This document shows, piece by piece, positions 1-12,345 of a DNA stretch of 64,000 nt (the stretch's first letter is position 1; every line of letters starts with the position of its first letter). The DNA lies in the NCBI GenBank assembly GCA_032718475.1, contig JAUCBJ010001640.1:1-64000 (forward strand). The letters run 5' to 3'. The position numbers and the translations under genes are program-made. Below the pieces are notes generated by a model that was not told the DNA's origin, made no database searches, and saw only the letters and a list, made by a program, of their open reading frames with translations. This stretch comes from Nemertoderma westbladi. Lineage: Eukaryota; Animalia; Xenacoelomorpha.

Positions 1-300
1 CCGAAATTTATAGAAATAAAGATAATAGGCCTATCGTAAATACCGGTATGCAGTTTACACTTATAGTGTATATATATAAGTATAATTACAAACTAGAATT
101 AATTACAAGTACCGGTATAATTTCAGCCGAAAATTATAGAAATAAAGATAATAGGCCTATCGTAAATACCGGTATGCAGTTTACACTTATAGTGTATATA
201 TATAAGTATAATTACAAACTAGAATTAATTACAAGTACCGGTATAATTTCAGCCGAAATTTATAGAAATAAAGATAATAGGCCTATCGTAAATACCGGTA
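1..300. repeat. 126-bp tandem repeat, ~2.4 copies, running off the window start
   Basis: Unit ccgaaatttatagaaataaagataataggcctatcgtaaataccggtatgcag... recurs near 1, 127 and 253; the 42-aa periodicity of ORF 48..323 reflects it. Confidence 0.9.
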
Positions 301-499
301 TATCAATTATTTCAAATAATTGAATTTCTGATACTTTAGGGTTACTTGGTTACTTTACTTACTTTATTACCGTTATTTGAGCAGTAATCCAACTGATATT
401 GAGGCCTAATGGTTGTATGGTAGGCCTACGATTTATAAATCGTTAGATTTGATTTATAATATATATATACCCGTTTTAATGGGTTTTGTCAATGTTTGA

Positions 500-3154
500 A
501 ATAAATGTTATTATTTCTGGGGAGTAATCACTACACAAAGCGGTGCGCTTTCAGTGAAGTGTTACGTACAGGACACTAAAACAAATAATACTAATTTACC
601 TAAGTTACTTAATACTACAAATTACTTACAATTCGGGTGAGATTACAATCTCTAAATAAACATAAAATCTTACAAAAACACAAATACGAATTTTTAGGGT
701 AATTTTACAAGAAGTCTACAAACCAGCCTAACAAAGGGTTAGAAATCTGATTATTACAGCGGACAGGGTACTACGGTATTTGAAATAATAAGTAGTAGTA
801 AATACACTGCGTTGTCTAGATAGGAAAATGCCACCGCCTGACGACCTATAGCCGTATCGCTATAGGTTCTACGTTATGTATCACGGAGTGTTCCTACCTA
901 GAAGTTAATAGAGCTAATCGAATGTGCCTATCAACCACTTTACAACACAAATATAATGCCTACAATAATTACTTCGGAAAGCACCGTACACTAAACCCTA
1001 AATTAGGTACGAGTACTTGTATAACAAATAATCAGTAGTTAAATATACTTGAACAGCTAAAAGAACCACGGCATCTGCTGGAGTGACCGATGCACAAAAT
1101 CACCAGTCTTTACCTACGCCGAGCAGCCCGTGTAGTACCGAGGTTAATTTAACTATAACGGTATATATAACAAACACAATTACTGTAGGAACAAACTTGG
1201 GGACTTGAATGTTGCGAATAATCGCATAAACTCTGAATAATAAATATTACGCTACGCGTACAAACTACTCAAACAAAATACAGACAGAACACTGACAGAC
1301 TACTATCAAGCCTAAACAAACTACGGTATATGCAGACTCCGAAATGATTAGGGAGTATGCGCTCTAACCCAGTAGTGCGACTTATTCTTTAGTTGGGGGT
1401 TTACCTTACAGCGTTGCTGCCCCTACTGCCTAATCGTACTTAATCGGACAGATGATCTACACACGCGGCAATCCGTTCAGACCTAATAACAGCCAGACAA
1501 CTATCCAGCCTACAAATTATCTAAATAAAATTATACGCTACCCGTACAGACTTACACAAACAAAGTACAGACTAAACGATGGCAGACTACTCTCAAGCCT
1601 AAATAAACTACAGGACATGCAGACTCCGAAATGATTAGGGAGTATGCGCTCTAACCCAGTAGTGCGACTTATTCTTTAGTTGGGGGTTTACCTTACAGCG
1701 TGGCTGCCCCTACTTCCTAACCGTACTTAATCGGACAAGTGCTCTACACACACTGCAATTCGTTCGGACTTAACAGCAATCAGACAACAGCTCAGCCTAC
1801 AAATTGTCTGTACAATCTGATCAGGTTTACACGCCTTCTGTTCAATACTGGCCTACAAACAAATAAAACTGACAGAAATAGGCCTAAGTAAAATCCCAAT
1901 AAAAACCAGGCGTCCCCGATTAATTATTAAGACCTACCGGCGTATATAATCAAATCGAATAATACTGCTGTACTTATACGGAAGTAAGTACCGGTCCGGA
2001 TGATCAGGCAGTCAGGCCTACTGGTTACCGGTCGACCGATACTTTCGACTTTATTGCTTACTGCAATAAAGAAGCTATATCCTTTAATGTTCGCGCTTTC
2101 AGACCTTTGGCAGTTTAACCCGCCAAATTAGAATGTCTTCTAGATAATAAATCGCTTTTTAGTCTATGACAAGTATTTGATTCACTACACTAGTCGAAAC
2201 CAATCCGTGCGCGACCATTCACCCGCTGGATATTCCCGGGAGATTGGGTTCGACGGTTTAATTTTTATTGCTATGTAAGCCTAATGTATTATTCGACTGA
2301 CAGTACTATATAATCTCTGACAATATTATTCACCTTCGGTAATATTAACAGTTCCTTTAGGACGTGGCGCTTTATCTATATAAACAGAGTTATGACTTAA
2401 ACTACTCACAACGATATGGCTTAATTATAATTCACATATATGGCGCATTCTTTAGGAATTGCTTCTTTAACAGACTCACTCATACACTATGCTGCACAAT
2501 ACTGCACACTAATCTGCCAATCTTCACTGATTTTAGTCACATATAAAAGGAACACAGGCTGACTCATGTAGGGTCTATCAAATAACATTAGATTCACTTC
2601 AAACCACTTTAACATAAGTCACAATCGTTATTGGTAACCTTTCTCTCTTACCTTAGGCAGTTAGGTATATCAAGAATATTGGGTTGCGGGGTTATTTATC
2701 GTTGTTCCAAATATAATTATTCATCAACCATATTATGAAGAACTGACAGCAAATAGCAGTATAAAACAACAAGTCAGTACCGGTATGTCAGCAATGAGAC
2801 ATAGGCATGCAGGTCCGCAGTTAAAGGATATATGCCCTTTATAATTAAACCTACTAGTGTACGACTAAAAAGCAGTACAGCACAAAAAATACTTCCAAGC
2901 CGTTCTTTCTTTGGCTCAAGACTGAATGTAAACACTGCACATAGGCATTGCGTCATTTCTCGGAAATTTTCTGTACAAGGAGCCACAAAAACGCTCTCAT
3001 TGGCTGACTGAACTGAGAGACGCCGTAGAACAAAGGAAATCAACACGTATGAATGTCAGCTGTTAACCGTAGTCATAGTAACTACTGTTCAAGAGTAGCT
3101 ATCACCCTTTTGCGTCACGAATTGCCATAGAATCATAAAAATATGCCTTTCACA
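500..3154 (-). mobile_element. Possible long LTR-like or other TE-derived non-coding segment
   Basis: Minus strand starts TGTGAAAG at 3154, has a CCAAT box (cagccaatgaga, ~3000) and a TTCAGTC Inr-like motif, then T-rich sequence with internal duplications, as in the BEL LTRs of this window. No TSD or far end identified. Confidence 0.25.
1248..1810. repeat. ~287-bp direct duplication (2 copies)
   Basis: atgcagactccgaaatgattagggagtatgcgctctaacccagtagtgcgacttattctttagttgggggtttaccttacagcg is present at ~1330 and ~1617. Confidence 0.9.
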
Positions 3155-3284
3155 GTACACATACGGAGGAAATAGGTCTTAGATCCTCTAAAAACACCGA
3201 TACAGCAATAATACGGTCTCTTACACTTAAAAAATAAACTACAGAGTATTTTAAGGTAAAAGATAATAAAAATAACGGGGCAAT

Positions 3285-3705
3285 TCAGCAAAGGCTTTTA
3301 CACTACCGCCAAAAGAACCCTACTTGCTCCACCAAAGCCTTGTTTTAAATAAATGTGTGAGTAAGCCGACCTACCGCCAAAAGATCCCCACTTGCTCCAC
3401 CAAAGCCTTATTAAATAAATGTGTGAGTAAGCCCACCTACCGCCAAAAGAACCCTACTTGCTCCACCAAAGCCTTGTTAAATAAATGTGTGAGTAAGCCT
3501 ACCTACCGCTAAAAGATCCCCACTTGTTCCACTAAAGCCTTTGTTAAATAAATGTGTGAGTAGGCCTACCTACCGCCAAAAGACGCCCACTTGCTCCACC
3601 AAAGCCTTATTAAATAAATGTGTGAGTAAGTCCACCTACCGCCAAAAGAACCCTACTTGCTCCACCAAAGCCTTATTAAATAAATGTGTGAGTAAGCCGA
3701 CCTAT
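3285..3705. repeat. 60-bp minisatellite, ~7 copies
   Basis: Unit ctaccgccaaaagaaccctacttgctccaccaaagccttattaaataaatgtgtgagtaagccc; 20-aa periodic spurious ORFs. Confidence 0.95.
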
Positions 3706-3803
3706 GCAAAATTGCTTCGTATTTTTATTTTAATGATGAAAGCTAAAATATTATCAAATAAATAAATAAATAATTTAAAGTTACACAATAATTATTGTTT
3801 TAG

Positions 3804-4436
3804 GATAATGACCTAGAAGAAGTAGATCTGGCTACCACCCAAAGCATGTTAAACAAAAGATACGGCCATACGATAGAGTCGCTTCAGGACGGGATAAAGA
3901 TTCAACAAAGAGTTGATGGATCTGTTGACTTTTACCGTAACTGGAACGAATACGTTAATGGATTTGGCGACCCGAATACCAATTTTTGGTTGGGGTTGCA
4001 GAGGATCCACAGGCTGAGTAAAGGCGGGGTGAAGTTGAGAGTCGATTTGTGGTTCACTGGAAGGGGTTATGAAGATCCCAATTCCAAAGGGAGATGGAAG
4101 GATTACAACAACGAACACAAATTCGCGATATACGACAACTTCTCTATCGGATCAGCTGCAACTAATTATCGCCTACATGTATCCGGTTACCATGGTACTG
4201 CTGGTGAATCATTGGAGTGGCGGCAAAACGGTCAGCCATTCTCTACCAAGGACCGCGATAATGACAGGAGCTCCGGCAACTGCGCCGTAGACGGTACTGG
4301 GGCGTGGTGGTACAGTAACTGCTCGTACAGTAACTTGAACGGAGAATACGGTGCGGAGTATGGGAAAGGACCTAATTGGTATTCTTTTACTAATACGAGA
4401 CCGGCTTCTCGAGTTGAAATGAAGATTTGGATTTAG
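3804..4436 (+). CDS. Terminal exon of a fibrinogen-related domain (FReD; ficolin/tenascin/angiopoietin-like) protein
   Basis: Acceptor ttattgttttag| at 3803 is in frame with the ORF. Motifs QRVDGSVDFYRNWNEYVNGFG, FWLGL, LRVDL, YRLHVSGYHGTAGESL, FSTKDRDND, NCA..GAWWYSNC..SNLNG, VEMKI-stop. AATAAA near 4702. Confidence 0.9.
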   Translation, partial: DNDLEEVDLATTQSMLNKRYGHTIESLQDGIKIQQRVDGSVDFYRNWNEYVNGFGDPNTNFWLGLQRIHRLSKGGVKLRVDLWFTGRGYEDPNSKGRWKDYNNEHKFAIYDNFSIGSAATNYRLHVSGYHGTAGESLEWRQNGQPFSTKDRDNDRSSGNCAVDGTGAWWYSNCSYSNLNGEYGAEYGKGPNWYSFTNTRPASRVEMKIWI

Positions 4437-5829
4437 TAAAACTGTAAGTTTTATATAAAATTACTGAATAATTTCAATAGAGTAGCGTTGGAAACTAACT
4501 TTTATATTTAATTATAAAATTAATTTTTATTCTACTGAGTAAAACCACTTGCCGCGGGTAGGAAACGCAATGTGTGAACAATTTAATATTAAAGATTTAA
4601 TTTTATTTCACTAAATTCCTAATGACCTCCATCACCATCTCCATGAAATATTCTGCTATTTGGTTGCTTTAAGGTATTTCGTATAACATTTCTATATGGA
4701 AAATAAATAAAGAATACGATATAATATATTTGGGTAAAAAGTTCCTGATTAATATTACTGTAGTTCCTGAATAAATATGTTATCGTTTTATTTACTATGA
4801 AATTATTTACATTAACGTTTTTATTATTTATTTTGCAGTTTGAATTCCCAATGAGTTGTAGAAGAGATACTATGTACCTTGGCCTACAGTTCTAAAGGAT
4901 TCATTAAACACAACTGCTATATGTTACCAGTTTACTGTATATGTTATATGGTTTGGGTATTGGTTTATGTTTGGTTAATATTTACAATATATTAATAAAT
5001 TATAGTTGCAATAACTTAACTTTATTTACATGAATTGATGTAGACCGGGGCCCGGTTGCATAAATGAACCTTAGCTAAGGCCCTGGTCCAACCCCCGGTG
5101 ACGTACTTCCTAATTATTTCCTTTTCTGAACATAACCATAATTACAGTTGTATTAACAGCTCAACTTCAATTCATTTAAATATTAACCCCATGCAGCAAT
5201 ACTCGAGCTGAATATTTATTTATTTGTACTTCCCTCCTGTTTCACTCTAACATACGGTACTTGAGGCCCCGGTAGGTCCGTTGTATGTGATCAACTCTAT
5301 GTGATACACAGCACATCAGAATGTGACACTCCATACAATCAGGCTTTCCACTAACCCAATAAGGGAGAAACAAGCAATGCTGCCAGCAGCTCATTGGTCA
5401 ATCAACATTGGCAATGTAATTCACCCTGAAACATGGACCAATCAGCGTCAAGCAGTTCAAAAGGAAATGTATCTCTATAACTTCCAAACTCCATACGAAG
5501 TCGGCACTTTAAATAAATAAACTTTATTTTTGTAAAATAAATTATTTTTAGGTCCGCGAAGCGAGACCTCTAGTATTCACTCCGTTTTTTCTGGTGTTGT
5601 TAATCATTTCTTGTTAGGTATTTTAGGTCTTATTAGGACTTTGTATGTATGGCTCCAGTTGCTCTAGCAGAATACCCAAATGACTGTGGTAAATCTAAGG
5701 TTGAGAGTAGGCAAGATCTAAGGTCGCAAGGAGGGCAGCCTAGTAGCATTGCTAGTAAAAAGGCTGCCCACCAGGGAGGGTGGATGGATATTTCAGAGGA
5801 AGGTATGGGACAAGGATATACAGTAGTTA

Positions 5830-6890
5830 GATTAGAATAGGGTTAGATAGGATAGGGTTAGGATAGGATAGTTAAGGATAAGAGGATATGGTAGGAGATT
5901 ATATGATGGCTAGGATAGAGTAAGATAGGGATAGGGTATGATAGGAGGATAGAGTATAGGATAGGGTAGGGTATGATAGGATGATAGAGGATAGGATAGG
6001 GTATGATCGGAGGATAGAGTATAGGATAGGATAGGTTATGATCGGAGGATAGAGTATAGGATAGGATAGGGTATGATCGGAGGATAGAGTATAGGATAGG
6101 ATAGGGTATGATAGGAGGATAGAGTATAGGATAGGATAGGGTATGATCGGAGGATAGAGTATAGGATAGGATAGGGTATGATCGGAGGATAGAGTATAGG
6201 ATAGGATATGTTATGATCGGAGGATAGGGTATGATAGGAGGATAGAGTATAGGATAGGATAGGGTATGATAGGAAGATAGAGTATAGGATAGGATAGGGT
6301 ATGATAGGAGGATAGAGTAAAGGATAGGATAGGGTATGATAGGGTATGATAGGAGGATAGAGTATAGGATAGGATAGGGTATGATCGGAGGATAGAGTAT
6401 AGGATAGGATAGGGTATGATAGGAGGATAGAGTATAGGATAGGATAGGGTATGATCGGAGGATAGAGTATAGGATAGGATAGGGTATGATAGGAGGATAG
6501 AGTATGATAGGAGGATAGAGTATAGGATAGAGTATAGGATAGGATAGGGTATGATAGGGTATGATAGGAGGATAGAGTATAGGATAGGGTATGATCGGAG
6601 GATAGAGTATAGGATAGGATAGGGTATGATCGGAGGATAGAGTATAGGATAGGATAGGTTATGATCGGAGGATAGAGTATGATAGGAGGATAGAGTATAG
6701 GATAGAGTATAGGATAGAGTATAGGATAGAGTATAGGATAGAGTATAGGATAGGATAGGGTATGATCGGAGGATAGAGTATAGGATAGGATAGGGTATGA
6801 TCGGAGGATAGAGGATAGAGTATAGGATAGGATAGGGTATGATCGGAAGATAGAGTATAGGATATGATAGGAGGATAGAGTATAGGATAA
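5830..6890. repeat. (GGATA)n-derived purine-rich minisatellite, ~35-bp higher-order unit
   Basis: Unit gatagagtataggataggatagggtatgatcggag repeated over ~1 kb. Confidence 0.95.
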
Positions 6891-7049
6891 AATAGTCTAG
6901 GATGTGTTAGAAGTGCCGAATGAGTAAAAAGCAAATACGGCCGACTGCGATTTTTTGGCATTATTTGTTATGTTAATTAATTATCTATACTGTATATTGT
7001 TATTTATTTGTGATTTATGATTTTATTTATATTAAGTATTTTATTTTTA

Positions 7050-7135
7050 GGACTATAAACCTCTTTTAAGGGGTTACAAAGGGATAATATCAACTAGTCA
7101 GTGATGTTGATGATGACTGCTTCGAAACGTGACCC
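7050..7135 (+). other. Penelope pLTR-like cassette with a degenerate minimal hammerhead-like motif
   Basis: TATAAA (~7055), TCAGT (~7098), TTGATGA-tgactgctt-CGAAACG (~7107-7129), then AATAAA. This order matches PLE pseudo-LTRs, but the core has T in place of C and stem II is weak. Confidence 0.3.
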
Positions 7136-7762
7136 CGCGCCCGGGTCGATTTAATAAAGGCCCACAAGGAGTGAGCGTGATCCCGCGCCCGGGTAGATTT
7201 AATAAAGGCCCACAAGGAGTGAGCGTGACCCCGCGCCCGGGTCGATTTAATAAAGGCCCACAAGGAGTGAGCGTGATCCCGCGCCCGGGTAGATTTAATA
7301 AAGGCCCACAAGGAGTGAGCGTGACCCCGCGCCCGGGTAGATTTAATAAAGGGCCACAAGGAGTAAGCGTGACCCCGCGCCCGGGTATATTTAATAAAGG
7401 CCCACAAGGAGTGAGCGTGATCCCGCGCCCGGGTACTGTAGATTTAATAAAAGCCCACAAGGAGTGAGCGTGACCCCGCGCCCGGGTAGATTTAATAAAG
7501 GCCCACAAGGAGTGAGCGTGATCCCGCGCCCGGGTAGATTTAATAAAGGCCCACAAGGAGTGAGCGTGACCCCGCGCCCGGGTCGATTTAATAAAGGCCC
7601 ACAAGGAGTGAGCGTGACCTCGCGCCCGGGTAGATTTAATAAAGGCCCACAAGGAGTGAGCGTGACCCCGCGCCCGGGTAGATTTAATAAAGGCCCACAA
7701 GGAGTGAGCGTGACCCCGCGCCCGGGTAGATTTAATAAAGGCCCACAAGGAGTGAGCGTGAT
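7128..7762. repeat. 48-bp GC-rich tandem repeat, ~13 copies
   Basis: Unit gtgaccccgcgcccgggtagatttaataaaggcccacaaggagtgagc, near-identical copies, no spacers. Confidence 0.97.
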
Positions 7763-7917
7763 TTTTTTATTATTTAATTAGTTTCTAATGTATTTATTAG
7801 GGGCCTATTTTTTCTATTATTTATGATATTGCCAGTCCTCATAAACCGAATTTTCTAATTGGCGCTGGAGCCCTTCACAAATCGGCGCCTGTGACACTTG
7901 CCCCCCCCCCCCCCCCG

Positions 7918-8036
7918 GTTTAGTTTATTGTTTTGGTTAAAATAACGTGCCACTGTAACCTGCTCCTTTCCCTAAATTGAGAATTTGACATTGAGGCGGG
8001 ATATTAATTCTCCAAGGCGGATTTTGAGTCCAGCCC
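7918..8036. mobile_element. Partial copy of the CTGGACGCAA-TIR MITE family
   Basis: Matches the right half of 9873-10098 (ttgttttggttaaaataacgtgccactgtaacctgctcctttccc...gaggcgggatattaatt...gtccag). Confidence 0.8.
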
Positions 8037-9250
8037 ACCCCCCCTCCCTCCTGTCTCGCCAGCAATCCCAGGAAAACCGTTTCTGACAAATTTTCAGAAA
8101 TATTTATCCGGCTTGCAGGCCATGTCTGGCGGCTGTAGACTGGCAAAATGTCTCGGCTACTTTGCAGCTTTTTTGGTACCAATTTTTCCGGAAATGTCGC
8201 CACTTGCCATAGCCCACGATGGATAAATTAACATGTAATCCTATGGGGACATGGTTTGGGGTGCGACAAATAGCTGGAAAGTTGTCGGGAAGTTATAGCC
8301 AGTTGCCATGATAACACCTAGCTGCCAGACGGAAATTTGTAGCGGCTTTGTCGCCTTTATAATTTTTTGTACCAGACGGAAATTTGTAGCGGCTTTGTCG
8401 CCATAATTTATACGGAAATTTACTACTGTTGGTCTCCCAATATTAATCAACTGTTTTATTTTGAGACAGCAATACGGTTTGGTTATTCGAAATATCAATA
8501 TAGTCATAATCTTAATCTGCACCAATTTTAATATGCACTATATAAGGACTGTAGGGACTGAGTAGCAGTATTTAAATTAGTTCAAAATACAACTTTGTAC
8601 ATGTACATTCCCTGCAAACCATCAACATTAAAATAATGTTTATTAGTAACATCTATTTTCAAGAAATATAATCAGATAATATTGCAAATCAAAAACGCAT
8701 ACTAGATTTAAAATTACTTTGGAAAATAAAAGTGTACTTTCAGCAGTATTCGAGAACTACAGGTACTAATATCACCACCAGTGTTATTTATTTTAACACT
8801 ATACTATTAAATTTCCCACCCTTAAAATTACAGATAGTGCGCAAATTGATTGACCGACTACAACTGAAAATGGTGATCTTCAGTGCAAATTGACAGCAAG
8901 TGAAATAAAGTTTGTTTACGTTTTTGATTAGAAAACACCGCCACAGTAACCGGCTCCTTTCACTTAATGTTTTAAATTAAATTAATGTTTCAAACACACT
9001 AAAAAAAATTTGCGCCAGTGCTCTAAAATTAACCTTCTAATGCGTGACAATAAGCTAATATTGTAATTCTATCATTGCATCCTCGTAACATTTCTGTTTT
9101 ATTTTCTCATTATTATGCAAGATATACAACATAATTATTACAATATTCTTAAAACATGTAAAGAAAACAATTTCTATTATATTTGCAATAATAACGCGTG
9201 GATACAAACCGAATTAAATTATTTTAAATATAATATTTGGAATAGCTCTT

Positions 9251-9870
9251 CTACTACTACTAGGATCGGCATGCTGCATTGTAGCTGCATTTTTAAGAAT
9301 GCTGTGCCGGCTTATTGACAAAATTGCACCGCCACAACTCCCTATCACCCATGACATTTGCTAGATCATCCGCATCTTCAAGGCCAGTGTCCTTTAAGAT
9401 GCGTCTCAAGAAAGTCATGGGCTGTCCACCATGCTTATTCACTCCATGAGGCTGCCAAAGTACAAGATTATGCACTGGCTGGTCCTCACGGTGAAAGCAA
9501 TGTCCTACAAAGCGGAGGCGATTTTGTTCTAGTGTCAAGCTTGGGGGAACCAATGAGATACCTCCAATGTTATATAGTGTCTGGTTGGAGATGTGTGCAT
9601 TGTACATGACACAATGAACCCGGCGTAGCATTCTTAGGAATGTGCCATCCAGAGATTTGGTGTCCTCAGCAGTTAGAGCCCAGCATGGACTCCCATAGAG
9701 GAGTACTGGAACTACTGCTGCTCTAAATAATCGGACCTTAAGTTTCCGATTAATTCTGGGTGACTTCCAAATCCTGGAAAGCCTATTCAAGGCTTCCCAT
9801 GCCTTTCCCTTACGTATTCGAAGGTCCTCACCTGACTTCCGGATCCATGATCCCAGGTAACAGAAGTCAA
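9251..9870 (-). mobile_element. RTE-clade non-LTR retrotransposon, 5'-truncated (family RTE-1)
   Basis: ORF 9293..9790 has RT C-terminal motifs (LKVRLFRAAVVPVLLYGSPCW, RLRFVGHCFHR), upstream DFCYLGSW, and a (TAG)n tail. Confidence 0.9.
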
Positions 9871-9872
9871 TA

Positions 9873-10098
9873 GGGAAACTGGACGCAATAAAAATTCATC
9901 CCTCTCCAGGGGAAATTTGACGCAAATAACAGCTGATTATCCTCAAAAATAAAACTGTAACCTGTTCTATTGTGTTAAGTTTATTGTTTTGGTTAAAATA
10001 TCGTGCCACTGTAAATAGCTCCTTTCCCTAACTTGATAATTTAACATTGAGGCGGGATATTAATTCGCCAAGGCGGGTTTTGCGTCCAGTTTCCCCCC
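9873..10098. mobile_element. ~225-bp MITE with TIRs GGGAAACTGGACGCAA...TTGCGTCCAGTTTCCC
   Basis: 16-bp inverted repeats; other copies at ~18966-19205, ~46373-46645, 7918-8036 and a fragment at ~47111. Confidence 0.85.
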
Positions 10099-10335
10099 TG
10101 TTTCTATGTTCATAACAATGGCAAATAATTCTTAAGTTTGCAAATTTCTAATCGAACCTATATTTCATACATATCAGTCAATAATATCAGAACTCTTTCA
10201 ATCTAACAACAAACTCTTTCACACGGCGGGGACACGTAAATAAAACAACCGGTCGGGATTCTCGGATCCCGTCACAGTAATAAAATCCAGCTACCCGAAA
10301 CTGTGACTGCCAGCCACCAATAAGCAAAGTTAAAG

Positions 10336-10800
10336 ATGAGTCAGGAAGGAAAGACAACACCGCCGCGGACCCCGGACGATACGAACGAAACGATCCGCGA
10401 GGCCGCGACGCGACGGTATCGACCCAGGACGCCGTACTCGTCAACCCGGAACGATCCGGCAGCCTAAGCGGAGGGCGGTCGTCTACCACAAAGAGGGACG
10501 AGCGAGTCGGGGGAAAGGAGAGACGAGTCGACACACGACGGCAGTCGACGTACCGATCTCGCCGGCCAGCCACAGGCCGAGGGCGACGGACGGCCCACCG
10601 GAACGACGACGGTGGGGCCGCCAGTACGACGCCGAACACGGAGAGAAAGAGGGGATGTCGGCAACGAGGACGTCGGAGTCAGCGACCGGCTCCGACGAGC
10701 CTACAACGCGACCAGAAATCAACTGAGGGAAGCCAAAGTAGGGGCCAAGATAGACCAGGTGAAGCTAGAGAAGCGGCTAGGTGAGTCGAGAGAAACAACA
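10336..10800 (+). pseudogene. GC/CpG-rich fragment resembling the N-terminus of an LTR-retrotransposon (BEL-like) gag
   Basis: ATG at 10336 is in frame with ORF 10612..10815 across one stop. A low-complexity R/D/T segment precedes a coiled-coil (LREAKVGAKIDQVKLEKRL), similar in layout to the BEL gag start at 34591. Confidence 0.4.
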
Positions 10801-11879
10801 AATATAACATCATAGTGAGTGATGTACTGTATGCTATGCACATGTGTTTGGTTTGATATTTTTTGTTGCAACCCCCCCCCCCCCTCACAATGATATATGT
10901 AAACAAATTAATACAGGGACTCTTAATGTTTTTAATATAAACAACATATCAACAATAATATTATTACTCTACGTTACATTACATATACACATCAGATATA
11001 AACGCGTAAGTACTAAAACACAGTTATGTCGGAAAAATTTAACCAAAATGTTCAAAAATGGTATTCCTCATTTCTGTTTATACAATAAAACTATTTAATT
11101 CAAATTTGTAATCTTATCAAGCGCTACAGTAGATTACGACTTGAGCACGAAATAAAATAAAAAATGTATCACCCGTCATATAAAGGTACTAATAACATGA
11201 TCATATATTATAATATAACTATGGATTGCAGCAATTGTATTTTGAACATTAGGATTAACTTTTCCCAACGAAAATAGTGATTGAATGATCAAATTAATAT
11301 TAGTTTTTAAAAATAATTTAGTCATGTTCAACATCATTAATACATGGAATTCCAAATAATGAAGTACTGGTAGTACTGGTACTGATAGTACTGGTATCGT
11401 ACAGTAATACTGTACGATATAGATATAAAGTTAATATTGAGTTTAGATGCAGGATAACTAGCGGTTCATTGGGGAGGTCCAGTTGAATTTTATATACTGT
11501 AACTGTACAGGGCATTTTTTTTACAATTTCGTTACTACCCGGTGTCTGTGAGAAAAGACGGTTTCCATGGGAAAATGTCTGGAAAAAATCAGAATAAAAA
11601 ATCAGTTTTTTTTAAGTAGGCCTACTTTTTTATCTTCATTTGGTTATTTTTTATGGGAGATGCCGCCCCCAAACCCCCGTTTAGTACAATGAAACGGCTT
11701 TTACAATAATATAGTATAAAGCAGAAATTACAATTAATATTATACACTGAGAATTTTACAAGAACCTACAGTCACTATAATTCCAAAAAGACTAGCACAG
11801 ATACAAATAAGAGAAAGCACAACACATTACATAGTTTACAGATTCAGTTTACGAGTCAGACGAGTGGAGTGATCGGCAA

Positions 11880-12345
11880 TCCAGTTCCATCCTCCGTACC
11901 CAGACCACTGTGCCACTGTAGCCTCTACCCCCTGATGCAATGAGAAGCCCCTCGGATTATGGCGAACTGCACACGGTGGCGAACCCACTCCATGACGGTG
12001 CTATAAGGTCTGTCCCAGTTGTGGTGCAACCTATCAGCGAAGATCCTCAGGAGCTTGTCGGACTGCGGTGCCAGAACTCCATCGCAAGATACTACGAAGG
12101 GTGCAATGTCCGCACACGACTCGGCGTCAAGGTTTACGAACCTGATATCTAACAACGCCTGAGTCTGCGGGTTGAATGCCCCTGTAACTCCTACATCACA
12201 CCAAAGTCCTGCCTCTCCACTTAATCCAGGCGGGTCTCTGACTATGGGTTCCGACTGTCACGTTTCATGGTCCAAATGCTAGAGAGGCAGAGAGGCCAGA
12301 TCCCCAACAACATCATGGCGTTCATTATATGTGTTTGGAGCATGA
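11880..12345 (-). mobile_element. CRE-like non-LTR retrotransposon 3' fragment (restriction-like endonuclease region)
   Basis: EPIVRD..GLWCDVGVTGAFNPQTQALLDIRFVNLDA..APFVVSCDGVLAP..WDRPYSTVMEWVRHRVQFAIIRG..CIRG, typical of the CRE-clade RLE C-terminus; internally deleted. Confidence 0.75.

Noticed and set aside
5045-5272. MITE bounded by accggggcc/ggccccggt
   Set aside because: The inverted match is only 9 bp and no convincing TSD or second copy was seen.
7128-7762. CRISPR-like array (also 3285-3705, 20125-21097, 62865-63545)
   Set aside because: Units are contiguous with no unique spacers, there are no cas genes, and the context is eukaryotic.
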